This document shows positions 31,020 to 39,296 of a DNA stretch of 64,000 nucleotides, in pieces. The translations under genes and the position numbers were made by a program. The stretch lies in the NCBI GenBank assembly GCA_963720515.1, contig OY970397.1:223363-287362 (forward strand), in the 5' to 3' direction. The notes below the pieces were generated by a model, which worked only from the letters and a program-made list of their open reading frames with translations, did not search any database and had not been told where the DNA came from. The DNA is from an uncultured Actinomycetes bacterium (lineage in GTDB: Bacteria > Actinomycetota > Thermoleophilia > Gaiellales > Gaiellaceae). Numbering within the stretch: position 1 is the stretch's first letter; every line of letters begins with the position of its first letter.

Positions 31020-31676
31020 TCAGGAGAGCGCGTGCTCGAGGGCGGTCCGATTGTGCGGACCACCGTGCGTGGCGAGCACATCCTCGACCGGCCGCTCGAG
31101 CAAGGGGCGCAACGCCTCCTTGACCTGCTCGGGCGTCACGCCGTCAGGTAGCCAATCCGGCGGGATCTCGAGGCCGTGGCCGAAGTCGACGAGTGTGTCG
31201 CCGGCGATGACCGCACGGCGGCTCTCGACCCAAAGCACGAGGTCGTTCGGCTCCTTTCCCGGGAACGCCTCGACTCCGACCGACAGCCGATCGCCGGCCG
31301 AGAACAGATGCCCCTCGACCGCGTCCCCGGCTAGCAGCCAGGCCACGTCGGGGCTGCCTTCGTCGGGCGGAGGCACGAATACCGGCGCGCTGAGCCGCTC
31401 CGCCAAGCTCTGGGTGTCGCGCTCGTGCCACGGGCACGTCAGCACGATCGCCGCCTGGCGGTCGGCCGCAAGCTCGACGATCTCTCTCGGCACCGCCAGC
31501 GGATCGAACAGCAGCACCTGGTCGCCGTTGTCGATCGCGTAGGACGAAACCACTCCCGCCTCACTCGGCGTCTCAGCGGTCGCCGCAAGGCGCTGGCGAA
31601 GCGACTCGGTCTCAGGCCCCGACCAGTCCGGGTGCGGTGCCTCCCAGTGCCACAAGCCCGTTCGCAACTCGCGCAC
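31020..31676 (-). CDS. MBL-fold metallo-hydrolase
   Basis: ...AAIVLTCPWHERD...VIAGDTLV...THGGP, beta-lactamase-fold-like histidine/aspartate motifs. Confidence 0.6.
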   Translation of the reverse strand: MRELRTGLWHWEAPHPDWSGPETESLRQRLAATAETPSEAGVVSSYAIDNGDQVLLFDPLAVPREIVELAADRQAAIVLTCPWHERDTQSLAERLSAPVFVPPPDEGSPDVAWLLAGDAVEGHLFSAGDRLSVGVEAFPGKEPNDLVLWVESRRAVIAGDTLVDFGHGLEIPPDWLPDGVTPEQVKEALRPLLERPVEDVLATHGGPHNRTALEHALS

Positions 31677-31751
31677 GGCGGCATCCTAAATCACATGGAC
31701 GCAGTCGCCGACGCTCGCCCAGGGGCAGAGCTCGCGGGCGCATCCGGCGTG

Positions 31752-31779
31752 TAACTACTGGGCCGCGATAACCCCTGAC
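31752..31779 (+). repeat. cassette-boundary repeat R1 (5' 28 nt only)
   Basis: TAACTACTGGGCCGCGATAACCCCTGAC; 27 of 28 identical to R2. Confidence 0.75.
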
Positions 31780-31897
31780 GAGCCTAGAAAGCGCATGGAC
31801 GGCAGGATGGGGAGCCGTGGCCCAAAGGTACTGCGCGGCCCTCCTCGCTCCGGTCGTCGAGGCAAAGCGTCCTCCCGCCTGGCGCTAACCTGCTGGC

Positions 31898-32578
31898 ATG
31901 GCCGACTCGCCTCAGAACACATGGAAAGTCACGCACCTGGACGAGTTGCCGCGGGTCGGAAACGGCAGCCTCTGGCGGCCGGTCCGGCGACAGCTCGGTG
32001 TGACGGGCTTCGGCATCAACGCATATACGGCCGAGGAGATCGGGGCTGAGCTCATCGAGCCCCACGACGAGACGAGCCCCGGCTCGGGGCGCCACGAAGA
32101 GGTCTACCTCGTCGTCGAGGGCACGGCACGATTCCGGGTCGCGGACTCCGACCTCGAGGCGTCCAGCGGCACTTTCGTGTTCGTACCGCCCGGCGTACAC
32201 CGCGAGGCGACGGCCGGTGCAGCCCCGACCACGGTTGTCGTCGTCGGGGGCCGCCCCGGCACCGCCCTACCCGTGTCACCGTTCGAGTACTGGTACGCGG
32301 CAGAACCGGCCTACCAGGCAGGCGACTTCGAGGAGGCGGTCGCGATTGCCCGCGAAGGCTTGGTCGATTATCCCGACCACCCACACCTGCACTACCAGCT
32401 GGCCTGCTACGAAGCTCGCGCGGGGAATGCCGACGCCGCCCTGGCGCACCTGGAGGTCGCGTGCCGTGACGAGCGTGTGTCCGGCTGGGCGGCGGACGAC
32501 GAGGACTTTTCGAGCCTTCGCGGCGACGAGCGTTTCACCCGGCTACTCCAGTCCGGCGCGTCGAGCCCATCAGCGTAG
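31898..32578 (+). CDS. cupin domain protein with TPR-like C-terminal extension
   Basis: HDETSPGSGRHEEVYLVVEGTARF...FVFVPPGVHRE, then a helical repeat region. TAACCT lies 6 nt upstream of the ATG. Confidence 0.65.
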   Translation: MADSPQNTWKVTHLDELPRVGNGSLWRPVRRQLGVTGFGINAYTAEEIGAELIEPHDETSPGSGRHEEVYLVVEGTARFRVADSDLEASSGTFVFVPPGVHREATAGAAPTTVVVVGGRPGTALPVSPFEYWYAAEPAYQAGDFEEAVAIAREGLVDYPDHPHLHYQLACYEARAGNADAALAHLEVACRDERVSGWAADDEDFSSLRGDERFTRLLQSGASSPSA

Positions 32579-32596
32579 GTCGAGACCGCCGATCGG

Positions 32597-32660
32597 TAAC
32601 TACTGGGCCGCGATTACCCCTGACTGCGCTCAGGCGACAGTACGCTCGCGCAAGCGAGCG
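32597..32660 (+). repeat. cassette-boundary repeat R2 (full length)
   Basis: TAACTACTGGGCCGCGATTACCCCTGACTGCGCTCAGGCGACAGTACGCTCGCGCAAGCGAGCG; starts about 18 nt after the stop of the upstream gene. Confidence 0.8.
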
Positions 32661-32730
32661 TTCGCAGATGACGCCAGAGCTGGGCGGGGTCGACTTGGCA
32701 TTGACCGGCAGGTCGTAGCGTTGACCGGAC

Positions 32731-33750
32731 GTGCCGGCGGGTGTTAGATCGGTGCCGCATGCCGGCCGTGTGGCGGCAACCGTGAGCACCGACCCCGTCG
32801 AGCGACGCGAGCGGCTTGCGCGAGCGACCGCGGCCCGCGCGCAGCGGGATCGCGACGTCGGGTTCACGGTCATTTGCGTCGGCCTGATGATCTTCCTGAT
32901 CCCGTGCCTCGTCGTGTTCGTCCTGTACTGGACGGGAGTGGCTACAAGCGACCTGACCGGCCTGGTCCTACTGCCCGCCTGGTTTGCGTCGACGTGGGTG
33001 ATCAAGCGCGGGCGACGCATGCGGGTCGCTGCCGGCGAGCGCGTGCTCGCCGAGGATGAGCGAGCGCCGATCGTCTTCCTGCGGCCGTTCGACGCCGACG
33101 ACTCGGAGTCCGACAGATCATGGTCGTCACGGGTGCGGGCGTCGCCGTGGGAGCGCTACATCACGCACGAGCAGCGGCTGGCCCGCACGCTCCGCAAGGT
33201 CGGCCCGTTCGTGGCCGTCGGCGACCCGACCGAGGAGCTGCCCCAGCTCGGTGCTGCGCGCGTGTACGCGGCCGACGAGGACTGGCAGGCGACGGTCGAC
33301 GAGTGGACCGCCCGCGCGGGCGTGGTGCTCCTGCAGACAGGTGAGAGCGAGGGCCTGGCCTGGGAGGTGCAGCACGTGGTCGCCCTCGGCACTCCCGAGC
33401 GCGTAATCCTGTCGCTGCCGCCGGCTGGCAAGCGCAAGGGGCGCTCGCGGCAGGAGCGTTACGACGCGTTCCGGCGTCGCTTCGGCGACGTGTTCCCGCG
33501 CGGCTTGCCCGAGTCGATCGGGCACTGCCTGTTCGCCTACTTCAACTCGGACTGGACGCCGCGGCTGCTCGGAAAACGCGGCGTGCCGCTCCCCGCCGGC
33601 GACGCGCCCCGCGACGTCGCGCTACGGCGGCTCGCGCGCGAGTTCAAGATCATGTGGGGGCCGCGCTGGGCACGCTATACGGGTTACATCGCAGCATCCA
33701 TCGCAGCCGTCGACGTCGTCTACTACTTCGGTGGCGATCTCGTGTCGTGA
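32731..33750 (+). CDS. membrane protein: N-terminal two TM helices plus a cytoplasmic Rossmann-like (TIR/SLOG-like?) domain
   Basis: VGFTVICVGLMIFLIPCLVVFVLYW and LVLLPAWFASTWVI, then PIVFLRPFDADD...GPFVAVGDP...GAARVY...AGVVLLQTGESEGLAWEVQHVV...RVILSLP (alternating strand/helix pattern). Start codon uncertain. Confidence 0.6.
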   Translation: MPAGVRSVPHAGRVAATVSTDPVERRERLARATAARAQRDRDVGFTVICVGLMIFLIPCLVVFVLYWTGVATSDLTGLVLLPAWFASTWVIKRGRRMRVAAGERVLAEDERAPIVFLRPFDADDSESDRSWSSRVRASPWERYITHEQRLARTLRKVGPFVAVGDPTEELPQLGAARVYAADEDWQATVDEWTARAGVVLLQTGESEGLAWEVQHVVALGTPERVILSLPPAGKRKGRSRQERYDAFRRRFGDVFPRGLPESIGHCLFAYFNSDWTPRLLGKRGVPLPAGDAPRDVALRRLAREFKIMWGPRWARYTGYIAASIAAVDVVYYFGGDLVS

Positions 33751-33854
33751 TGCCGCGCGGGAATCCACGCGGCCAGCAATTGGGCGCGGTTCGTCTCGCG
33801 CCCGTGCCTTGTCGCTCGGCGAGGGGACGAAGGGCTAGGCGAGGGTCCTTCACG

Positions 33855-33908
33855 CGACTACAGAGTTGCGTTTACCCCCGACTGCGCTCCAGCGACAGTA
33901 CGCTCGCG
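33855..33908 (+). repeat. cassette-boundary repeat R3
   Basis: CGACTACAGAGTTGCGTTTACCCCCGACTGCGCTCCAGCGACAGTACGCTCGCG. Confidence 0.8.
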
Positions 33909-33919
33909 GATTGAGGAGT

Positions 33920-34606
33920 TCATCTTGTGGCGGTGTGCGCGAGCGCCGAGGGTGTCTGGCAGCCGACGATCGCGGGGGCCTCGTGGACGAGCTCGTCGTT
34001 CTCGAGGGCCTCCACCATGAACAGGGCGAAGTCGACGCGGCGCGTGAGGTTGCTCTCGAGGATGGGATCGCCCACGTGCCGGCTCCAGACGGGCAGGCCC
34101 TGACTCTCGCCCTCCTCGAGGTCGCTCCCGCGCACGACGGTCCACCGAGTGTCGCTGGCAAACACCCGCCGACAGGCCTCCACTTGGTCGTCGAGGTCGG
34201 CGAAGCGAGCCAGACGCGCGAGCGGCCCGAACACTTTCACGATGGCCTTGAGCTTCCACGAATACACGTCCTGGCCGTCTCGCGTGATGTGCCACCCGCA
34301 TGAGAACACGAGTCGCGCCTCAGGACGTGCGTAGTCGAGCACGGCCTGAGCTGTCCCCGACGCGTATCCGTGGACGCCCCGCGGAACCAGCACGACGAGC
34401 ACCCCGTCACACCCCGCGACAGCTCTCTTGATGACCTCTCGGTCGTCCGTCGCGCCCGGCAGCACGTGGATGCGCCCCTTGAACGCATCCAGCTTCTGCA
34501 CGCTTTGCTCCCGGCATACGCCAACCACCTCGTAGCCCCGATCCAGTGCGTGCTGCACCATGTACTGCCCGAGCTTCCCTGAAGCCCCGACGATGCACAC
34601 CCTCAT
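33920..34606 (-). CDS. NAD(P)-binding atypical SDR / NmrA-like protein
   Basis: MRVCIVGASGKLGQYMVQHALDRGYEVVGVCR (GxxGxxG). I prefer the ATG at 34606 to the listed GTG at 34621. Confidence 0.8.
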   Translation of the reverse strand: MRVCIVGASGKLGQYMVQHALDRGYEVVGVCREQSVQKLDAFKGRIHVLPGATDDREVIKRAVAGCDGVLVVLVPRGVHGYASGTAQAVLDYARPEARLVFSCGWHITRDGQDVYSWKLKAIVKVFGPLARLARFADLDDQVEACRRVFASDTRWTVVRGSDLEEGESQGLPVWSRHVGDPILESNLTRRVDFALFMVEALENDELVHEAPAIVGCQTPSALAHTATR

Positions 34607-34660
34607 CGTGTGCTCGCTCACCCATCCAGGCTATCGCTCGCCGCCGCCGCATCTCGCCAG

Positions 34661-34712
34661 CGACTACAGAGCTGTCTTTATCCCCGACTGCCCTCGAGCG
34701 ACAGCACGCACG
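34661..34712 (+). repeat. cassette-boundary repeat R4
   Basis: CGACTACAGAGCTGTCTTTATCCCCGACTGCCCTCGAGCGACAGCACGCACG. Confidence 0.75.
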
Positions 34713-34724
34713 TGCAGTCCTCGG

Positions 34725-34922
34725 TCATCTCGCCTCAGACCTGCCGCGACCGCGTGTTACGAGGAGCGCCAGCGCGATGACTGCCGCCGCCGCCAGGAGA
34801 AGGCCGTCATCCAGAGCCCAGCTGGCGCTGAAGAGCGAGTCGACCACTACGCCGGCGAAGATGATGATGAGCGCGACCACTAACCCGACACGAACCTTGT
34901 GCCAACGAACGTGGCGGGGCAT
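34725..34922 (-). CDS. small two-TM membrane protein (65 aa)
   Basis: MPRHVRWHKVRVGLVVALIIIFAGVVVDSLFSASWALDDGLLLAAAAVIALALLV. TATATT lies 6 nt upstream of ATG 34922. The longer listed ORF has a Pro/Arg-rich, unconvincing N-terminus. Confidence 0.5.
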   Translation of the reverse strand: MPRHVRWHKVRVGLVVALIIIFAGVVVDSLFSASWALDDGLLLAAAAVIALALLVTRGRGRSEAR

Positions 34923-35165
34923 GAGCCAAATATAGATCGACGGCCCATCCGCCGCTTGCTCGGCCGTCCGCAGAGGCTCGAATCGGTAACTGCGCGGTGG
35001 ATGCGGGACTGGATGCGCTCTCCGGCTGGGACGGGCCCAGCGCTTCAACACAGGCGGTCGTTTGTGAGGCGCGATCGGACGTGACGCGAGCGGACCAAGA
35101 ACTGCTTCGTTCGGCCGTGGCCCGGTGCCAGGCATCCGTCCAGGTTGAAGTGGACGTGGCCGGCG

Positions 35166-35324
35166 CTAGGAGCTGCGCTCGCGGAGCCGGTCGAGGATGA
35201 ACTTCGCGTACCAGGCGGGCCAGTCGTCGTCCCGCCGGCCCAGTTCCTTCTCGTAGGCGCCGTGCGCCTGCTCGGCCTCGCGGAGGAGCGCGGCGAGCTC
35301 GTCGGCGGTGAGCGCGTCGTCCAT
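35166..35324 (-). CDS. small conserved hypothetical protein (52 aa)
   Basis: MDDALTADELAALLREAEQAHGAYEKELGRRDDDWPAWYAKFILDRL; trimmed from ORF 35166..35450. Confidence 0.5.
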   Translation of the reverse strand: MDDALTADELAALLREAEQAHGAYEKELGRRDDDWPAWYAKFILDRLRERSS

Positions 35325-35334
35325 GCGGCGGAGC

Positions 35335-35781
35335 CTACTCCGGCGCGAGGCCCTTGGCCCGGAGCTCATCCAGGGCGGACTCCGACTTCTCGAGTCCGTC
35401 GAGCCCCATGCCGTGCAGGACGTGGTCGGCCTTCGTGAACTGGATGTCACCGTAGCCGACGATCTCGATCCGGTTGCCCCACGGGTCGCGCGTCTCGAGC
35501 CCGCGTCCCGGCAGGATCTCGGCGCCAGCCTCTTCGAGGGCGCGGCGCGCGAGCTCCTTGTCGTCCACGACGAATCCGACGTGGCGGTTGCGGTCCGGCT
35601 CCTGCGTCTTCCCCTCCGAGAGCGCGACGAACTGGTCGCCGAGGTCGAGGAACGCCATACCTCCGACCCGGCCGCGGAGCGTGAACTCGAAGATCCGCCC
35701 GTACCAGGCGAGCGCCTCCTCGATGTCGCCGACCTCGAACGCGACGTGGTTCAGGCCGACGAGTCGCGGCCGGCCGGCCAC
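35335..35781 (-). CDS. glyoxalase/VOC family protein
   Basis: LNHVAFEVGDIEEALAWYGRIF...HVGFVVDD...RDPWGNRIEIV. Confidence 0.85.
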   Translation of the reverse strand: MAGRPRLVGLNHVAFEVGDIEEALAWYGRIFEFTLRGRVGGMAFLDLGDQFVALSEGKTQEPDRNRHVGFVVDDKELARRALEEAGAEILPGRGLETRDPWGNRIEIVGYGDIQFTKADHVLHGMGLDGLEKSESALDELRAKGLAPE

Positions 35782-35782
35782 G

Positions 35783-36613
35783 TCAGCTGCGGCGCCAGCC
35801 GCGCCGCTCGCCGTTGCCGCCGCCGGCCTGGTCGCGCTTCGGCTCCTCCGGCTCGGCTTCCGCCTCGGGCTCTGGCTCGGCTTCCGCCTCGGGCTCGGGC
35901 TCCGGTTCAGGTTCGGGCTCCGGTTCAGGTTCGGGCTCCGGTTCAGGTTCGGGCTCCGGTTCAGGTTCGGGCTCCGGCTCAGGTTCGGGCTCCGGCTCAG
36001 GTTCGGGCTCCGGCTCAGGTTCGGGCTCCGGCTCCGGCTCAGGTTCCGGCTCCGGTTCGGGCGGTGGGGACGGCGGGCCCGCCATGCGTGCGGCCGGCGG
36101 CACCTCCACGATCTGCTCGGCCGGGGGCGGCTCGACCTCGGGCCACTGGGCGGGAGTCCGCACCGCGAACTCGTTCATCCGCGAGACCACGTTCTCGAGT
36201 CCGCGGCGCGCCCATTCGGCCCGCTCGACCATGAGCCGGACGCCTTCGTCGATCCACTCCTCGCGCCGGTGCGCGGCCTCCTCGACGATCGCGGCCTGCC
36301 GGCGGGCCTCGGCCAGGATCTGATCCGCCTCGGTGCGCGCGGCGTCGAGGATCAGACGGGCGTCGGCCTCGGCCTCGCGGCTCCGGTCCGAGCGGAGACC
36401 CGACACCTCGGACTCGGCCTGGCGGCGCATGTCCTCGACCTCGGCGCGGGCCATCTCGAGGATGTGCTCGGCGGCCTGCTCGGCCGCGGTGAAGACGGCG
36501 GAGACTCGCGGGCCGATGCCTGCGGCCGAGTCGAGTTCGCGCTCATCGGCGCGCTCGCCGCCCGCCCCCGACGAGGGTGGGCCGCCGCCGGCTTGGTCGT
36601 CCGGGGGCCGCAC
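35783..36613 (-). CDS. coiled-coil protein with a long C-terminal (Pro-Glu)n repeat
   Basis: [26 protein letters not shown]...[21 protein letters not shown] (ATPase b/E- or DivIVA-like coiled coil), then about 45 PE dipeptides. TACGCT lies 7 nt upstream of GTG 36613. Confidence 0.7.
   Translation of the reverse strand: MRPPDDQAGGGPPSSGAGGERADERELDSAAGIGPRVSAVFTAAEQAAEHILEMARAEVEDMRRQAESEVSGLRSDRSREAEADARLILDAARTEADQILAEARRQAAIVEEAAHRREEWIDEGVRLMVERAEWARRGLENVVSRMNEFAVRTPAQWPEVEPPPAEQIVEVPPAARMAGPPSPPPEPEPEPEPEPEPEPEPEPEPEPEPEPEPEPEPEPEPEPEPEPEPEPEPEPEPEPEPEAEAEPEPEAEAEPEEPKRDQAGGGNGERRGWRRS
35846..36062. repeat. tandem 6/18-bp coding repeat (encodes the PE dipeptide array)
   Basis: ggctccggttcaggttcg repeated several times, then the ggctccggctcaggttcg variant, read directly from the sequence. 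Confidence 0.9.
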
Positions 36614-36687
36614 GTGAGTGAGCGTAGTCCTTTCGCAGGACGACGACCGCGGAACCCTGGGGCGCGGAACGGTGTAGAACCGGCAGC

Positions 36688-37251
36688 GTGGAGGGCCGGC
36701 CACGAGAAGACGACCGCCTCGTCGAGCGCGCGATGCGCGGCGACGCCGAGGCCTACGAGGAGCTGGTTCAGCTGCATCAGGGCATCGCCTTTCGCACCGC
36801 CGTGCTCGTCTGCGGGAACGCCGCGGACGCCGAGGAGGCCGCGCAGGACGGGTTCGTCAAGGCCTACCGGGCGCTCGGGCGCTTCCGCCGCGGGGCGCCG
36901 TTTCGCCCCTGGCTCCTCGCGATCGTCGCCAACGAGGCGCGCAACCGCCGACGCTCGGCCGGGCGGCGCGGCGCGCTCGACATCAGGCTCGCGGCGGAGC
37001 TCTCGGGGGACGCGGCCCCGTCCCCCGAGGTGTCCGCCGTGGCGGACGAGCAGCGCCGGGAACTCCTGGCCGCGCTCGGAACGCTGCGGGAGGAGGACCG
37101 CCAGGTGCTCGCCTGCCGGTTCTTCCTCGACCTGTCGGAGGACGAGACCGCGGCCGCGCTCGGCGTGCGCCGCGGCACCGTGAAGTCGCGCCAGTCGCGC
37201 GCGCTCGTGCGCCTGCGCGCCGTCCTGGAGGAGCCCGATGCACGCGCCTGA
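36688..37251 (+). CDS. ECF-type RNA polymerase sigma factor
   Basis: [39 protein letters not shown] (region 2) and [25 protein letters not shown] (region 4). Confidence 0.9.
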   Translation: MEGRPREDDRLVERAMRGDAEAYEELVQLHQGIAFRTAVLVCGNAADAEEAAQDGFVKAYRALGRFRRGAPFRPWLLAIVANEARNRRRSAGRRGALDIRLAAELSGDAAPSPEVSAVADEQRRELLAALGTLREEDRQVLACRFFLDLSEDETAAALGVRRGTVKSRQSRALVRLRAVLEEPDARA

Positions 37252-38014
37252 CCTCGAGCGGCAGCTCCGCGACCTCGGCCCGGCGCTCGACTGGCCGGCC
37301 GCGCCGAACCTCGCGCCGGCCGTGCGCGCGCGGATCGCCGAGGCGCACCGCCGCCCGTTCCCATGGCGCCGCACGGTCGTGATCGCGCTCGCAGTCGCCG
37401 TCGTCGCCGTCGGCGCCGCGATGGCCGTCCCGGGCGCGCGCACCGCGATCCTCGACTGGCTCGGCATCCGCGGGGTCGCGATCCACCGCGTCGAGACGCT
37501 TCCGCCGACGCCGACCTACGCCGACGACCTCGGCGTCGGGAAGCCGGTCACCCTCGCCGAGGCGCGCGAGCGCGTGAGCTTCCCTGTCCCGGATCCGTCC
37601 GCGGCCGGTCTCGGCGAGCCCGACGAGATCCGCTTCGACCCCGGCTCGAACCAGGTCGCGTTCATCTGGCGCGACGACAAGGGCGCGATCGCGACGCTTC
37701 TCACCGTCTTCCGAGCCAGCGTGGACCAACAGTTCATCGAGAAGTGGGTCGACGCCGGCATCCCGATCGAGCCGGTGGACGTGCCCGGCGCGGGTCGCGG
37801 GGTCTGGATCGGCGGGTCGCTCGCCGAGGCGCCGCACGCGTTCGTCTATCGCGACCGGCGCGGCGAGTACCGCGAGGAGACCTTCCGCCTCGCGGGCTCG
37901 GCGCTCATCTGGCAGGACGGCGACCTCACGTGGCGCCTCGAGGGCGACCGGACCCGCAAGGAGGCGCTCGAGATCGCGGAGTCCGTCGCTCGAACGAGTG
38001 AAACCCCGAGGTAA
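37238..38014 (+). CDS. putative membrane-anchored anti-sigma factor
   Basis: Overlaps the sigma gene. Single TM (VVIALAVAVVAVGAAMAV) followed by an extracytoplasmic domain. Confidence 0.65.
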   Translation: MHAPDLERQLRDLGPALDWPAAPNLAPAVRARIAEAHRRPFPWRRTVVIALAVAVVAVGAAMAVPGARTAILDWLGIRGVAIHRVETLPPTPTYADDLGVGKPVTLAEARERVSFPVPDPSAAGLGEPDEIRFDPGSNQVAFIWRDDKGAIATLLTVFRASVDQQFIEKWVDAGIPIEPVDVPGAGRGVWIGGSLAEAPHAFVYRDRRGEYREETFRLAGSALIWQDGDLTWRLEGDRTRKEALEIAESVARTSETPR

Positions 38015-38144
38015 GCGAAGACCGATCCGCGTTTCGGGTTTTCGCGAATCACGTAACCACCAAGCGAAACCCGCGTTAAGAAGGAGATGCAATTCACCCT
38101 TCTGGGGACGCAGACCGAGGGGCTTGCGGGCGATGGAGGTTCGT

Positions 38145-38348
38145 ATGGCGGCGACACACCTCATCGACGAACGGGAAACCGAAGCGGAGCGCGTGATGGG
38201 CTGGCGGCTTCGGGAGCTCGAGCGGGCCGGCTACGAGCCGACTGCCGCGTTCGAGCTGGCCGGGCGGACGGACATCGACCTGCATCGCGCAGTCGAGCTC
38301 GCCCGCGGCGGTTGCCCGGTCGACACGGCACTGCGGATCCTGCTCTAG
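38145..38348 (+). CDS. small hypothetical protein (67 aa)
   Basis: GGAGG lies 5 nt upstream of ATG 38145. MAATHLIDERETEAERVMGWRLRELERAGYEPTAAFELAGRTDIDLHRAVELARGGCPVDTALRILL. Confidence 0.5.
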   Translation: MAATHLIDERETEAERVMGWRLRELERAGYEPTAAFELAGRTDIDLHRAVELARGGCPVDTALRILL

Positions 38349-38398
38349 GGCGAACCGGCTGCGGCCGAGGCTGCGCGAGGCTCTAGAGTCTCGCGGGC

Positions 38399-39286
38399 AT
38401 GACGGCCCTGCTCGCGTCCATCCCGAGCCCCTCGAGCGGAGAGATTCACGCGGGCCCGCTCACGCTGCACGCGTACGGGCTCATGCTCCTCATCGCGATC
38501 GTCGCGGCCACCTGGCTGACCGGCGTCCTCTGGACGCGCGAGGGGGGCGACTGGGATCTCGTCTACCGCACCGCGCTCTGGGGCGTCGCGGGCGGGATCA
38601 TCGGCGCGCGGCTCTACCACGTGCTGACGAGCTGGGCCGAGGTGCCCGACCCGAAGTGGAAGGGCGTCTTCGAGATCTGGAACGGCGGCCTCGGGATCTG
38701 GGGCGGGATCATCGGCGGCACGCTCGCCGGCTGGATCGTCATCCACCGCGCGGGCGCGAGCATGTTCCGGTTCATGGACTGCGTCGCGCCCGGCCTGCTC
38801 CTCGCGCAGGCGATCGGGCGCTGGGGCAACTACTTCAACCAGGAGCTCTTCGGCGTGCCGACCAACCAGCCGTGGGGCCTCGAGATCGACCCGGTCAACC
38901 GGCCGCCGCAGTACGCCTCCTCGGACACGTTCCACCCGGTGTTCCTGTACGAGTCGCTCTGGAACCTGCTCGGCGTCGGCGTGCTGCTCTTCGTCCGCAA
39001 GCGCTTCAACGTGAAGGCGCCCGGGCTCTTCTGCCTCTACGTGGCCTGGTACACGTTCGCGCGCTTCTTCCTCGAGAACATCCGGACGGACGTGGCGCAC
39101 GAGTATCTCGGGCTCCGGCTGAACGCCTGGGTGTCCGTCGTGTTCTTCGTCGGCGCGGTCGTCTGCTTCATCTGGGCGCAGCGCAGCGGCCGTCCGCGGC
39201 CCGCGAAGAAGCCCAAGGCGAAGGAGCCGCCGAAGCCGCAGAAGACGATGGCGATCCCCAAGGGCCGCGTCCGGGGACGGCGCTAG
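38399..39286 (+). CDS. lgt: prolipoprotein diacylglyceryl transferase
   Basis: HAYGLMLLIAIV...GGLGIWGGIIGG...AQAIGRWGNYFNQELFG. Confidence 0.93.
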   Translation: MTALLASIPSPSSGEIHAGPLTLHAYGLMLLIAIVAATWLTGVLWTREGGDWDLVYRTALWGVAGGIIGARLYHVLTSWAEVPDPKWKGVFEIWNGGLGIWGGIIGGTLAGWIVIHRAGASMFRFMDCVAPGLLLAQAIGRWGNYFNQELFGVPTNQPWGLEIDPVNRPPQYASSDTFHPVFLYESLWNLLGVGVLLFVRKRFNVKAPGLFCLYVAWYTFARFFLENIRTDVAHEYLGLRLNAWVSVVFFVGAVVCFIWAQRSGRPRPAKKPKAKEPPKPQKTMAIPKGRVRGRR

Positions 39287-39296
39287 CATCGCCCGC

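Noticed and set aside
32597-32675. Canonical integron attC site (RYYYAAC ... GTTRRRY with a long imperfect palindrome) in the cassette-boundary repeats.
   Set aside because: Only weak matches (GTGTAAC or CGGTAAC at the left edge of R1 and R2, none in R3 or R4). The two arms do not pair when folded by hand, and no intI-like gene is in the window. I still report the array as cassette-like, but not as an integron.
34982-34991. ATCGGTAACT, an echo of the R2 left edge, as a fifth cassette-boundary repeat.
   Set aside because: A 10-nt match alone could be chance. It is mentioned in the cassette finding but not annotated as a feature.
35846-36062. Regular short tandem repeat that could be mistaken for a CRISPR-like array.
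   Set aside because: The units are 6/18 bp with no unique spacers. They lie inside an ORF and encode a Pro-Glu dipeptide tract.
38087-38386. 99-aa ORF with AAGGAG directly abutting its ATG.
   Set aside because: There is no spacing between the SD-like sequence and the ATG. The product is Arg/Gly/Ala-rich low-complexity sequence. The overlapping frame (38145..38348) gives a far more protein-like sequence with a correctly spaced GGAGG.
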